Assembly (NCBI RefSeq): GCF_009914755.1
Contig: NC_060932.1
Length of the DNA: 64,000 bases
Direction: 5' to 3' (one strand)
Origin: the human T2T-CHM13v2.0 reference genome, Homo sapiens
This document shows, piece after piece, positions 1 to 13,123 of this stretch (the first letter of the stretch is position 1; every line of letters begins with the position of its first letter). The position numbers and the translations under genes are program-made. A model generated the notes under the pieces. It had not been told where the DNA came from, ran no database searches, and was given only the letters and a program-made list of their open reading frames with translations.

Positions 1-2290
1 CTGCAAGTGAGGGAGAGCTGTGCTCTGACTGAAGAGAAGTGTCACATAAAAAGATGAAGACTTTTATTGTAGGAGGGACGTCAAATGAACACTTGAAAAA
101 ATGAATGTAAATCTTAAGTTTCATTAGAATACAGCATGTTTCCTTGCACTTACATATGGCCTTCAAAAGACAAAACCTAAAACAAGAATCAGGAAAAGGA
201 ATCAAAATTGGACACTAAACAGGACTGTCAACACCTAAGTCATAACCAATAGGTGGTGTCGAATTAGGATACGCTTGAGAAATGGGGTTTGAAAGAGAGT
301 TGTCTGTGAGAGATGCTAAACAATAAACAGCACCAGGCTTATAAAACACCTTCCCAAATCACACAGAACAAAGCATCTTCTATGAATGGTGCAGGCTGGA
401 TGTCACAGCCTCCTCTTCCCCCAAGGCCTGTAAAATGAAGTCAGTTTTAAACTCGGAATTGAACATTGTCACACAATTTAGGTATCAGCTATCACTGACG
501 GTGGGAGACTTCAAAATAATTTTGCACGTTCACAGACTTTATAGCTAATCCTGTGAGCAACTCGGCGCGTGGCCTACATACCTGTGAAGAATTGTCACAG
601 TGATTTCCAGATCCAGAATGTAATTTGCCCAAAACCAGGCTTCCAACCTTGACACATTTATTCCACCCGTTAAACACCTGTGTGCGCATAAAGACATCTC
701 GGGAGCTGTCGTCCCTCCATCAAATCACAGGCTCGGGTGTGACGGTGTGAGCTTCCTGGACTTTCAAGCAGATTGAGTAGCTCAGTCGGGGGGAGAAGCT
801 TAGAGACGAGTGAGATTAAAATGTGAAGCTATTTGTTTTTCTGAAAATTTGATGTTACCCTTTGCAGCACAGTCTTCAAAGTTTCTTCTGCCTCCATGGC
901 ATAATTTGGAAAATCTCTGAAACGTCAAATGGTCCTAATGTAATTGACCTTACATACACAATCTAAGAAAAAATGTAATCTATCAAAAAGATACAGCCTG
1001 TCCATTAACAAAATCGCCATGTCGTGTCATCCTTCAAATACATGCAGAAGCCAGAACAGTCACATTTTCTCTTTGGTTTTAGACAACAGACCCTGCTGGA
1101 GTCATAATACAGGACAAGTTGATACAAAATCTATTTAATTAAAGTTGCCCTTTTCCTTGAGATGAATTTCCTGGGAGTTATGAGGTCAAGCATGGTTCCC
1201 TTTCCAGCTAAATAGCTGCCCAACAGCTGTTGCTATTTGGAACATGTTTACTCCTAAAACCGCTCTGTAGTTCTGTGGTTCACATGGTGTCTTAGTCTTG
1301 CTGACACTGTGGTGCTGTGTGGCTCTAACGTCAAATTCCATTGTGACTGAGGAATGAACTACAGGCCTTGTGCTTTCCTGACAGTCCCCTCCGAGGGGAC
1401 AGAGTGCCACAGAGTCACCTAGAAACAGCCTGGACGGGCACAGATAGCAAGACGTGCACCTGCGCAGCCCGGGACTCTCCTAGCGGGGCAGGGCAGAGCC
1501 AGCAGGGAGTCAGCACTCAGCCTGCAGAGGCGCTGGGCACCGGACGCTGATGCAATAAAAGCACTTCACATTTTCTATGGAAACTGGCTTTGGCAATTTC
1601 CATTTGTTTTCTTTTTCTGCTGTTCTGCCGCCTCCCAGGCCCTTTCCTTGTGAGGATGTGCAGAAAGGACGTCTCTGGCTCTCTGGCGAGCTCTGCACCC
1701 CAATGCTCCCCCCACCTTCCCTGTCACAGATCCCCCTCTGTGCAGACAGAGATGCAGAACACAGAACAGAGAGTGCCCATTGTCTTCCCCTGTGTGTAGA
1801 AGGGATGGGGACCAGGGATTGAGGACAACAGCCCATTCTCTGCACCGTCCAGACCTTGGAACCCGCTCCCTGTCTCCCCCGTGGCACTCAGGGAACACAT
1901 CGGAGAAACTCTTGGTGGCCTCTGCTGTTTAAAGAGGTCATCGCAGTGAAGAAAAGAACATGAAGTTGTTAATTCCTTATGCTTTTTGTTAACTATTCCA
2001 GGATTTCCTTTGAAGTTCCTTTCTGTGTTCTTTTGAAAAGGTCAAGCTATGGGGCTGAGTGATTTGTAGCTGGAGTTGTGGACTCGTTCTGTGACCCTGG
2101 ACCCTTAGGCATGGCTGGGCCTTCTGCCTCACTCTGTCTATCTGACTCCTCTGTCTAGTTAAATGGCTAATCATTCTCGTGGCACAATGCAAACGCTCCC
2201 CCGTTTGTCGTTTGGGTTGAACACATCAGATATTTGGATTCTGGGTACGGCTGGATAATATCAAAGCGTTTCTGGAGGTAATTCTTTCAG

Positions 2291-2451
2291 TCAGCACTGA
2301 GCTCTGGGTGTACAGCGGGGCAGAGATGAATCAGCACCCAGCTCCAGCTGTGCAGCCGGGCAGAGATGAATCAGCACCCAGCTCCAGCTGTGCAGCCGGG
2401 CAGAGATGAATCAGCACCCAGCTCCAGCTGTGCAGCCGGGCAGAGATGAAT
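2291..2451. repeat. 40-bp minisatellite, 3 perfect copies plus partial/diverged flanks
   Basis: Unit CAGAGATGAATCAGCACCCAGCTCCAGCTGTGCAGCCGGG at 2321, 2361 and 2401. Confidence 0.95.
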
Positions 2452-2964
2452 GAGATGCAGTCGTGGCTCATCCCACTGTCGGGGCGGCCGGGAACTGAAA
2501 ACGACCCCATCCAGTGAGGCCCGGCAGGCATGGGCTGCTGGCGAGGGTGGCACCAGAGTTTGGGATGGAGCCGAGTTGAGGGGACCTAGGGAAGGCATCC
2601 TGGAGGAGGAGGCCAAGCCGAGAGAGCCTGGGATGCCAGGGGCTGTGAGCAGGGACCAGCCTGGCAGGGGTGAGGAGCATGGCTGAGGCTGGGGACCTGG
2701 AGTGGGCATCTCTGGAGATGCCAGGTGGGCTGAGAGGGAGGAAGGACAGTGAGGCCCAGTGAGACTCACCTAGCGTGTGCTGCACTGTGTGTGAAGCCAC
2801 CAGACTTGGAAGGACCATCGCCAGCTGGGCCAGAGCACTAGGGACCTACTCAATGCCATGAATGTGTCAGGGTGGGTAGAACCAGGGCTACCTCTAGGCA
2901 ACAATGCACCACGTCCTAGTACCCACAGCCAGGGGATCAGGGCCTGGGTAGCACTCGCCCAATT

Positions 2965-3054
2965 GACATGCGTGAGCTCTGTGCTCCTTCACCCGACATG
3001 CGCGGGCTCCGTGCTCCTGCACCTGGTGTCCATGGGCTCTGTACTCCTGCTGAG
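2965..3054. repeat. Degenerate 30-bp tandem repeat x3
   Basis: gacatgcgtgagctctgtgctccttcaccc / gacatgcgcgggctccgtgctcctgcacct / ggtgtccatgggctctgtactcctgctgag. Confidence 0.7.
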
Positions 3055-4369
3055 GCAGTGCTGGGCGTCGGCACTGATCATGGCCAAGGTTGGAGGAGGC
3101 ATCTCGTGGGAGGCCTGCAGGTCCCAGGAGGGTGGAATCAAGGCAGCCAGCCTGAGCCCAGGGTGGAGGCTCTGCCTTCCCAACGGGGGCAGGACCCAGA
3201 AGAAGAGTGAGGCCACAGAGGCAGATCCTGGCCAGGCCCCTGGAAGACAGCAATGTGCTGAGAACCTTCCTTGAGAAAGAGTGGAGGCCCCGGTGACCAC
3301 AGCATCATGACTGCTGAGGGACAGGACCAGAGAGTCTTCTTCCTAATTGCTCCCCTCTCCCTTTCTCCATTTCCCCATAAACCCTTGAAACAGAGGAGCC
3401 TGTGCGTGTGCTTGCCCTTGGGGCAGCCAAGAAGTGGCAGCAGAGAGGCCTGCCTTCCACAAGGCACAGCAGCAGGGACCACGAGTGACCTGGGAACACT
3501 GGCCCCAGCCTCCCTGCCTCCCTCTGTCTGCCCCGGCCTCCGCACCCAACAGTTGTGAGATGTCGGTGTTTCTGTTGCTAGGCATTCCTGTTGCTGCGCA
3601 GCAGCCGGGGCTGGGACAAAGGACTCGCTCTTCTAATGTTTAAAGCGCAAAGCGAACCACGTGTGGGCCCAGCCGGCCCTCAGGAGGAGCTCCGCGGCTC
3701 CTCCCATCTGACAACTCCCCCGACCTGCTGGGCACTGAAGCCTCTGCTGCGGGGGTTGCCGGTGCCACTTCCCCTCTCCACAGCCGTGCGGTGCCCAGCT
3801 TAGCTCACGTTCACAGTTCTTTCAGCAGATGTAGCCGTGGACAGCAGCCTGGTTACAGTGGGATGTGCAGCTGGCCGACCCCCTCTAGCCATCCTGCAAG
3901 TCACTGTGAACGCCCTCACGCTCCAACAGCAAAGCCACTGCTCAGAAAGAGGCTGGGCTCCTGCACACCTGCCAGCGATGGCTACCCGTGTCCATCCTGT
4001 TCACTGAAGGGGAGCGGCTCCTGGAGGGTGAAGCCGCTGTGGTTTGAGGGTGAAGCCACTGTCGTTTGAGCCCTCGGCCCGGACGCAGCTGATGCACCAG
4101 CCACAGAAGCACGGAGGAGTCAAGAATGGGAAGGACAGAAACGGTTCCTGACCTCGGGAGCTGGAGGTTGAGTGGGTTGGTCTAAAAACCAACTGAATAG
4201 TAAATGGGTGAATTAGCATAATGACGAATGCATATCGATCAGTGTTTCAGAAAACTGCATGCTTTTCATCACCAGTTTTGATTGATGACGAGGTTATGTA
4301 AGCAATTACTCAGAATGATCACAAGTCGTGATTATGCTAGGAAGGGGAGCGTGAAGGGTGCCGTGCTTG

Positions 4370-4850
4370 AGACTGGATGGGACGCGGCCCGGGGAGAGGA
4401 GGCTCTGGGGGCTTTGAGAAGCGACGGGGCCATAGGGCGGAGCGGGCCTGGGCTGCAGGGGAGGAAGCAGCAGGGGCCTCGGGCCCGCGGGAGCTGGGCA
4501 GGGATGGAGGCTCTGCAGGGAGGAGGAGGGAGGCTTGCGGCCTTCCCAGGGCCACGGGCCAGGAGGGGGAGGCGGCCGGGCTGGGTCAGAGCCGAGGAGA
4601 GGGCGGCATCGGGAGCTGTTCTCAGAGGGGCCGAGTGACAGGAGGCCGTTTCTGGGTCTGGGTTCTCACCGTAAAAGAAGACGGTAGAACACAGTTCTCA
4701 ACACGGGCCTCCTGCTCGGAGGTGATGTGATTCAGACCGCGGCTCCAGGGTCTCCAAAATTTCCGCGTAACCAGGAACCGCAGGTCGAAGGCCAGTACCG
4801 CATCCAACACCGCCATCTGCTGGTGAGCGGGAAACATGACGCCTCGGGGC
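4370..4850. other. GC/CpG-rich island-like segment with G-quadruplex motif (4473-4503)
   Basis: Visibly high GC and CpG content; five GGG runs with 2-5 nt loops. Confidence 0.45.
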
Positions 4851-5119
4851 CAAATGGGAAGAGCACGTTCAGGATATTGGATTAGAGAAATATCAAACTA
4901 CTTTAAATTCCATCACAGCTGTCAAAACCAAACTGGGGATGTAAAGAATTTTTCAGCTCATTGTATTCTATTTACATTGCGCACACACAATAAATGCTTG
5001 CTAGAGCACTGAAGTGCATTTTTATTTTCAAACATAATGCATGTCGTATGATGAAGGAAATCATTTCGCGATCGTGTTAATCATAGGACACCCTGCAGGC
5101 CCCCCTTCATGTGAGCCTA

Positions 5120-5551
<432 letters not shown>

Positions 5552-6087
5552 TTATACGTATTAGCATAGTGAAAACTGCAGTCTTTCCTCACATTTTCAA
5601 ATGTTTTGGAAGCATCTGCTCTACACATTTCTGTTTAGACTTTCCAATGTAAGTTCATCTATGACATTATGACTTCATCGGTTTAAAACCCTATTTTGCG
5701 AACAGCCTTGCTTTTGTGAGGTGGATGGGGGGGTTCCTATGGCTTCATACTGCGCGCTCTGTGAGGGTGGAGGCATGGCACTGAGCCGAGCCAACACACA
5801 CTCGTGTGATTTGAAACTTTGCTTCATTGCATAGCAAACTTTCCGTGTCAAGCTGCAGGGTTACTGCAGGGCTTTAGAGCCATGTTTGAAACCTGTCCAC
5901 AGATCTCAAAGCAGACTGGCAGAAGGAAAGCCGTTTATCAGACAGGCCAGAGGCATCCCACAGCGGAGTCACTCTGTAGCCAGTTTAGGAATGTCACTTT
6001 CCAAGTGACTAGTCAGTGGGCTGGGGGGCTCGTCAGGGACTGTAACTTGCACGGGCACTCCTACCACACACTCCCGTCCCTCCGTAA

Positions 6088-6429
<342 letters not shown>

Positions 6430-6494
6430 TAATTAAACTTTTTTGCACATAAAATGGAAAAAAAAAGTCACTCTGTAACTCGGGTGATCTAGAC

Positions 6495-6695
6495 CAGGGG
6501 TTTGCAAACTTTTTGAGAAGAACCACATAGTAAATATTTTAGGTTCTGTGGGCCTATCAGTGTTTGTCAAATAGTCTTGTTTTTATGTGGTTTTGTTTTT
6601 ACAACCCTTTAAAAAACATCAAAGCCATTCTGACACGAGGGCTGCATGCAGCCGGGCAGCTTCTGCCGGAGGCTGTGGCTTCCTGGCTCCTTCCC
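6495..6695. mobile_element. MER58-family hAT-Charlie MITE
   Basis: Terminal CAGGGGTTTGCAAACTTTTT...ATAGTAAATATTTTAGG; CTAGA-type target sites on both sides. Confidence 0.7.
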
Positions 6696-7469
6696 TAGAG
6701 CTGTCCCTCACTTCGCCTGCATGCCCAGAAACACATTTTCTTATGTTTCCAAAATAAACATGTCCTGTGAGTGAGGTAGATTGCCATCGATGTGGGCCAT
6801 TGTGAGTGTCTGATTAGGGTCTCATGAAAGTCTTAAACTTTCGCCCAACTTTCTTCTGAACTTTCCATGAATTTTGTGAATGTACCTTTATGTAGAGTTG
6901 GGATCATCAGTGGCCAACAGCCCTCTTCAGCATTTGCTGTTCTCGTATTTCACAGGGATGCATCACGTGCTCTATAGCATTATTATGATTTATCTCTGGC
7001 AGATAAACATTTGGGACCAAGAAGCAAAACTTCTAGCAATGGCCTATGGGGTAGACTAAAAGCCACCAAAAGCCCTCTGCATGCGTCCAGCCACAGTGCA
7101 GCCTTCTTAGGGGCCGTAGTCACAGCTGGGCATGGTGGAGACACAGGGGACGGAGCAGGCGGCACTGAAGACTCTTCCCTAAGTTGGAACACACAGGACT
7201 TGAGTACGTGCTCAACACTCGGTGTTGTACATTCTGGAAACACGACCTCACGCAGCAATCGACCTCCCACCACGTCTGCTGACAGCACTGTGCTGGAGTA
7301 GACTGTCGGGGGTCAAAAGAAACACAGGGCTTACTCCCTGCTCCGGGGGCTGGGGGTCAGAAACACAGATGTGGGTGCAAGAGCACTCACCTGTAATAGT
7401 TAAATAGCAATTTAAGGCTGTAGGTCACAAGACTCAAACAAGCTTTGCTGTGAGTGTTACACGAGTCAG

Positions 7470-7790
7470 CGCGGCTGTGGTAGCGAAGCACCCAGACCGG
7501 GCGGCTTCAACAGCAGGCATTTATCGCTCACAGTTCTGGAGGCTGCAAGTCCCAGATCCAGATTCTGGCTGACTCGGTGCCTGAGGAGGGCTCTCTTCCC
7601 AGCTTGCAGACGGCCACCTTCTGTTGTGTCCTCTCCCTCCTGCAAGGACACCATCCTACCACACAAGGGCTCTATCCTCAGGGCCTCCTTTAGCCTAAAT
7701 TACCCCTTTGTAGGGCCCATCTCCTGACACAGCCACACTGGAGTTAGGGCTTCACCATGACCTGGGGGCGGGGGTAGAATTCACTTCCCA
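7470..7790 (-). mobile_element. MLT1-type ERVL-MaLR solo LTR
   Basis: Characteristic atttatcgctcacagttctggaggctg...cttgcagacggccaccttct...gttagggcttca. Confidence 0.75.
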
Positions 7791-7890
7791 GCAGACATTC
7801 CTGCAAGAAGGTGGCAAGGGGCTCACACTTCTGAGGCTGAGATCCTTTGCTGGGACTCCAGGCTTGCTCATATACCACACATGACCCTGA

Positions 7891-8232
<342 letters not shown>

Positions 8233-8726
8233 TAATAATAGAATCTCCATTACAGAGTCATGGAAACGAAAATAAAATAACACAGGCACTAGGGTTAGAA
8301 ATGCCTGTCAATTAGCAAGGGACCAATACCTGTGGATCATAGTTCAAAAGGGCCTAAGTGGTATTCAAATTCCCAGTAGCTGTTGTTAAAAAACACACAT
8401 CTATATAGTGAATGTCAAAAATAAACCTTATATAGTTCAGAAATGTTTAAGAAAGAAAAAAACTGAATTTGAGAAATTAATAAGGAAAACAGAAAAGGAG
8501 TCTGAGAAGGTGCTACTATCTCCTCACCCTGTTTTCAAATGTTGGCTGGAATAGTTTTATAAGGAGATCCACTCCTCACCTACACTTGGTTACCGAGTGG
8601 TACCATTTACATTCAGGAGGCTGGAAAAAAGAACTTGATTTTTCCTTTTTGTTTACCCAGTTTTTAGTATAAGAAGTTGGTTTCCCATCCCTCTCAGAAG
8701 GTAACCCATTCAATGAACTCGTGCTT

Positions 8727-8823
8727 TTATCCACATCTGATTGATTCCTCGCAATTCTTATCCACATCTGGTTGATTCTTTGCAATTTTATCCACATCTG
8801 GTTGATTCCTTGCAATTGTATCC
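8727..8823. repeat. 30-31-bp tandem repeat x3
   Basis: Unit TTATCCACATCTGGTTGATTCCTTGCAATT at 8727, 8758 and 8788. Confidence 0.9.
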
Positions 8824-9279
8824 TTTATTAGAATTGAATTTGTCCCGTTTTCAATTCCACCTGTAGAGTTAGTTTATTTCTCATTCTCTCCATATGGGAC
8901 TGTTTATGGAATGTAACCTCAATGTTTCTGTTGCTCATTTGTATAAAAGTGCTTGTAAGATTAAGAATTTAACTTTCCTGAACCTCTAGGAGGAGGGTGG
9001 GGACATGACGCTCTTATAATTTCACCGACTGTTCTCTACTCTTGTTTTTGGTCCATGTTTTAAAAGATGATGTCTCACTCGCTGAGGTTTCCTGGCCTGC
9101 TCCCTTCCCCCATGTGGATCTGGTCACTGTCGATTTCCTGGCTCTGCTAATCCTGTCTTGCTCAGGCTTAATCCCACTCCCAGGAGTTGAACTTTGGCTT
9201 ACGGTTCTGCCTTAGAAAGGACCCCCCCAGGTTCAGTTCCTGGGCTGAGCCACTGGCTGGGCACAGGGAGACTTGCGGC

Positions 9280-9455
9280 ATTTGAAATGAGGCTCCTCAG
9301 AATCAACATGCGCTGTGACTGTAAAATACACACCACGTTCATAGGTTTAGTGTGACGAAAGTAAGATTTTATTAGTAATTTCATGTGTGATGTAGTTGAA
9401 ATGGTAATCTTTTGGATATATTGGGTCAAACAAAATAAATCATTAAAATTAAGTT
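9280..9455. mobile_element. MER33-like hAT-Charlie fragment
   Basis: gctgtgactgtaaaatacacacc...ttgaaatggtaatcttttggatatattgggt resembles the recalled MER33 consensus. Confidence 0.65.
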
Positions 9456-9857
9456 GTAGGGATAAATTTTCCTATTCGATAAGGTAGCTTTTCCAGGTTA
9501 TATTTACATTGACCTCTGCAGGCATCTGGTGTGGTGGGGAAGCATCAGCCTGGGACTCCCATAAGCGGCTCAGGGTTTGGGGTTCTCCTGGTGATGCTGG
9601 GGGCTGCATGGAGATTTGAGCTTTGCACCCAGCTGCATCCTCGCCCTCAGGGAACGCCTCTTTGGGGTCCCTGGGGAGCTCACTGACTGGATTCCTCCCC
9701 TTCTTTCAGCCAGGTTTCATTTCTGACTCCCAAGTCAGGCTGTCACTTGAAAATATTTTTTGCGACTCACAGAGACTGTCAAGAAGAAGATTGTTGTCAT
9801 ATTCATTTTGTGGGATTTTATTATTTCCTTCTTTTTCAAGCTGATAGTCTTCAGTTC

Positions 9858-10493
9858 TTGTGTGTGTATGTGTGTGGTGTATTTGTGTGTGTTGTGTATT
9901 CATGTATGTGTGCATGCATGTTTCTGTTGTTTATTCATGTGTGCTTGCATGCATGTTTGTGTGTGTTGTATATTCATGTGTGCATGCATGCATGTTTGTG
10001 TGTGTGTTGTGTATTTGTCTGTGCATGCATGCAAGTTTGTGTGTATAGTGTATTTGTGTGTCCATGCATGCATGTGTATGCATGTTGTGTATTTGTGAGT
10101 GCATGCATTCAAGTTTGTGTGATGTGTATTTGTGTGTGCATGCATGCATGTTCATGTGGCATATTCATGTGTACATGCATGCATGTTTGTGTGTGCTGTG
10201 TATTTGTGTGTGCATGCATGCGTGTGTGTTGTGTATTCGTGTGTGTGCATGCATGTTTGTGTGTTTTGTGTTTGTGTGTGCATGCATGGATATTTGTGTG
10301 CTGTGTATTCACGTATGCATGCATGCATGTTTGTGTGTGTTGTGTATTCACGTGTGCGTGCATGCATGTTTGTGTGTTGTGTATTCGTGTGTGCATGCTG
10401 CATGTTTGTGTGTGTTGTGTATTCACGTGTGCGTGCATGCATGTGTGTGTGTGTTGTGTATTCGTGTGTGTGTGCATGCATGTTTGTGTGAAT
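9858..10493. repeat. (TG)n/(CATG)n compound minisatellite, ~34-bp degenerate unit
   Basis: Repeating gtgtgcatgcatgcatgtttgtgtgtgttgtgtattc; source of the C/V/M/H-rich spurious ORFs. Confidence 0.95.
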
Positions 10494-10868
10494 GTCAGGA
10501 TTCTCCAGAAAAACAGGACCAACAGGATGTAAAACACAAAACCCAACATAAAAGGAGATTTATCTTAAGGAATAGCTCATGTAATTATGGAGGTGCTGGG
10601 TGGGCTGGAGACCCAGGGAAGAGTTGCCATTGAGTCTTCAAGCCGGCCCCTGGCAGAATCCTGGGAGATCAGGCTTTTTGTCTGAAGGCCTTCAGCTGAG
10701 TGTGTGAGGCCATCCACACTGTGGAGGGCAATTTGCTTGACCCAAAGCCCATGGATGAAAATGCTAATCACACCTAAAAATGCCTTCATGACAATGTCAA
10801 GAATAATGATAATCAAAGATTTCGGTACAGTGGCCTAGCCAAGCTGACACATAAAAATTAACCATCAC
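10494..10868 (-). mobile_element. MLT2-type ERVL solo LTR
   Basis: Right end gctgacacataaaattaaccatcac is the reverse complement of the MLT2 5' terminus; left end tcaggattctccagaaaaacag. Confidence 0.8.
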
Positions 10869-11346
10869 GATGTGCAGATATCTATAATATATTCTGTGGA
10901 GGTAGATAGTCTGTAGATAGATATCTCTGTCTTTATCTGTGTCTTTTAATATTTTTATTGAGATAAAATATATTTACATAATTTATCATCTTTACCATTT
11001 TAAGTGTACAGTTCAGTGGTAATAAATACATTTATAGTGCTCTCTGTTTTCATCCACCCCTTTTCAGGTTTTCAAAGCTTATTTTCATCGTAAGCATTGC
11101 TGTAAATAACTAGCTTGCCATTACCTATACATATGTTGTTGGTTGGATACCATTACTATGACTAGCTACAGCCAAATTAGGATTAATATAACTTTTTGTT
11201 CAACATTGCAAAAGGTTATTGGTATAATGTTATTTACATTTTAAATGTTCTTCTCTCTTCTGTAAAATGCCTCTGAATTTCTTCTTAAAGGAACAGCCAT
11301 CGCTGGGTTTTTCCCATAGAAGGATGAAGACCGCTCTGACGGTGTG

Positions 11347-11365
11347 GCGCTCCCTCTAGTGGCTG
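11347..11365 (-). promoter_or_regulatory. CTCF binding motif
   Basis: Minus strand reads CAGCCACTAGAGGGAGCGC, close to the CTCF core consensus CCASYAGRKGGCRS. Confidence 0.65.
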
Positions 11366-11404
11366 AGAGTCGCTAACTCACCGGCGAGGCTTCCCAAGGC
11401 CGGA

Positions 11405-12185
11405 GGGCGGCTTCTCAAAAGTTTGTTCCAGAGATGCCTCGTCACCCCTAACACCCTAGTATACAATCCAGGAGGCGAAAACTATTTTGATCATACGGAT
11501 GAGACCGTGGCTGTATTAAGAATGTGTGTGTAATCCACAGCGGTATAACGAAATTTGGAATATCTGCGTGACTCCAAACTACTATTTTCCAAATGACCGA
11601 TGCATGATGTTACAAAATCACAAATGGTAAAAGATCCCTTCAAAGTGCAAGAGGGATGAAGATATTTTAATGTAACAGTGTGCAAAGTTCACTAGTGCAA
11701 TCTCAGATTCCAGATTGCGACGAATCTTTAAGAAATTAGATTTTTAGTGTAGTGAAAAAGGCTATTCACAATTATCTAGAAAGACTACTAAAATTATTCT
11801 CTCTTCTTCAACTACACAGCTGCTTGACACAGGTTTTCTTCATGTATTTCGATCCAAAATGGAATCACAGCAGATTAAATGCAAAAGTACCTATCCAGCC
11901 ATCTTATCTGAAGCCAGACATTAAAGAGATTTGCAAAAAATATAAAAGACTTTCACTCTGCTTATTTTTTCTTTAAAAAAGTTTCTTAAAAAAGTTATTT
12001 GTGTTAACCTATAATGGAATCATTATTATTATTTCAAAATGAATTAATAACTAAATATTATAAAACATAAAATCTCTAATGTGGTCAATATAAGTAGATA
12101 TAACCTACCTAAATACAAGTTTTTAAAAAAAATCAATAATTTTTAAGGGTGCATAGGGATCCTGAGACCAAAAGTTTGAGCTTTA
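11405..12185 (+). mobile_element. Charlie1-type hAT DNA transposon relic
   Basis: ttctcaaa... and ...cctgagaccaaaagtttgag termini; degenerate transposase C-terminus (RLNAK...LKPDIKEICK) in ORF 11752..11976. Confidence 0.7.
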
Positions 12186-12460
12186 ATCTAAAGAGATAGT
12201 ATTTGATCATAAGCGAATGATAATAATGTGTAACAGTGAATTTAAAAAACAGGATGATTTGAGTCATATGATTATACATGCTTATATATTGTTGATTTTC
12301 AAGAAATTAACATCGTTTCATTTGTACATCCAAAAAGGTAATAGTTGATGTTTACCTCTACTTTTTACAGTATTAACACAGATTTCATTCCTGACTTCAC
12401 CCCCATCGCTTAACTCAGTTTTTTATTTTCTTGGAAACATCCACATATAGAAATATTGAA

Positions 12461-13123
<663 letters not shown>

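Noticed and set aside
8727-8796. Three perfect DnaA boxes (TTATCCACA at 8727, 8758, 8788) resembling a bacterial oriC or iteron cluster
   Set aside because: They are one 9-mer copied by a 30-bp tandem repeat in Alu-flanked primate DNA; there are no bacterial genes or composition shift nearby.
9747-10633. Long Cys/Val/Met/His-rich ORFs (up to 261 aa) resembling metal-binding proteins
   Set aside because: Artefacts of translating a (TG)/(CATG) repeat that lacks stops; open in many frames on both strands.
11752-11976. Possible transposase gene
   Set aside because: Short, degenerate C-terminal remnant of a Charlie-type element; not an intact or domesticated ORF.
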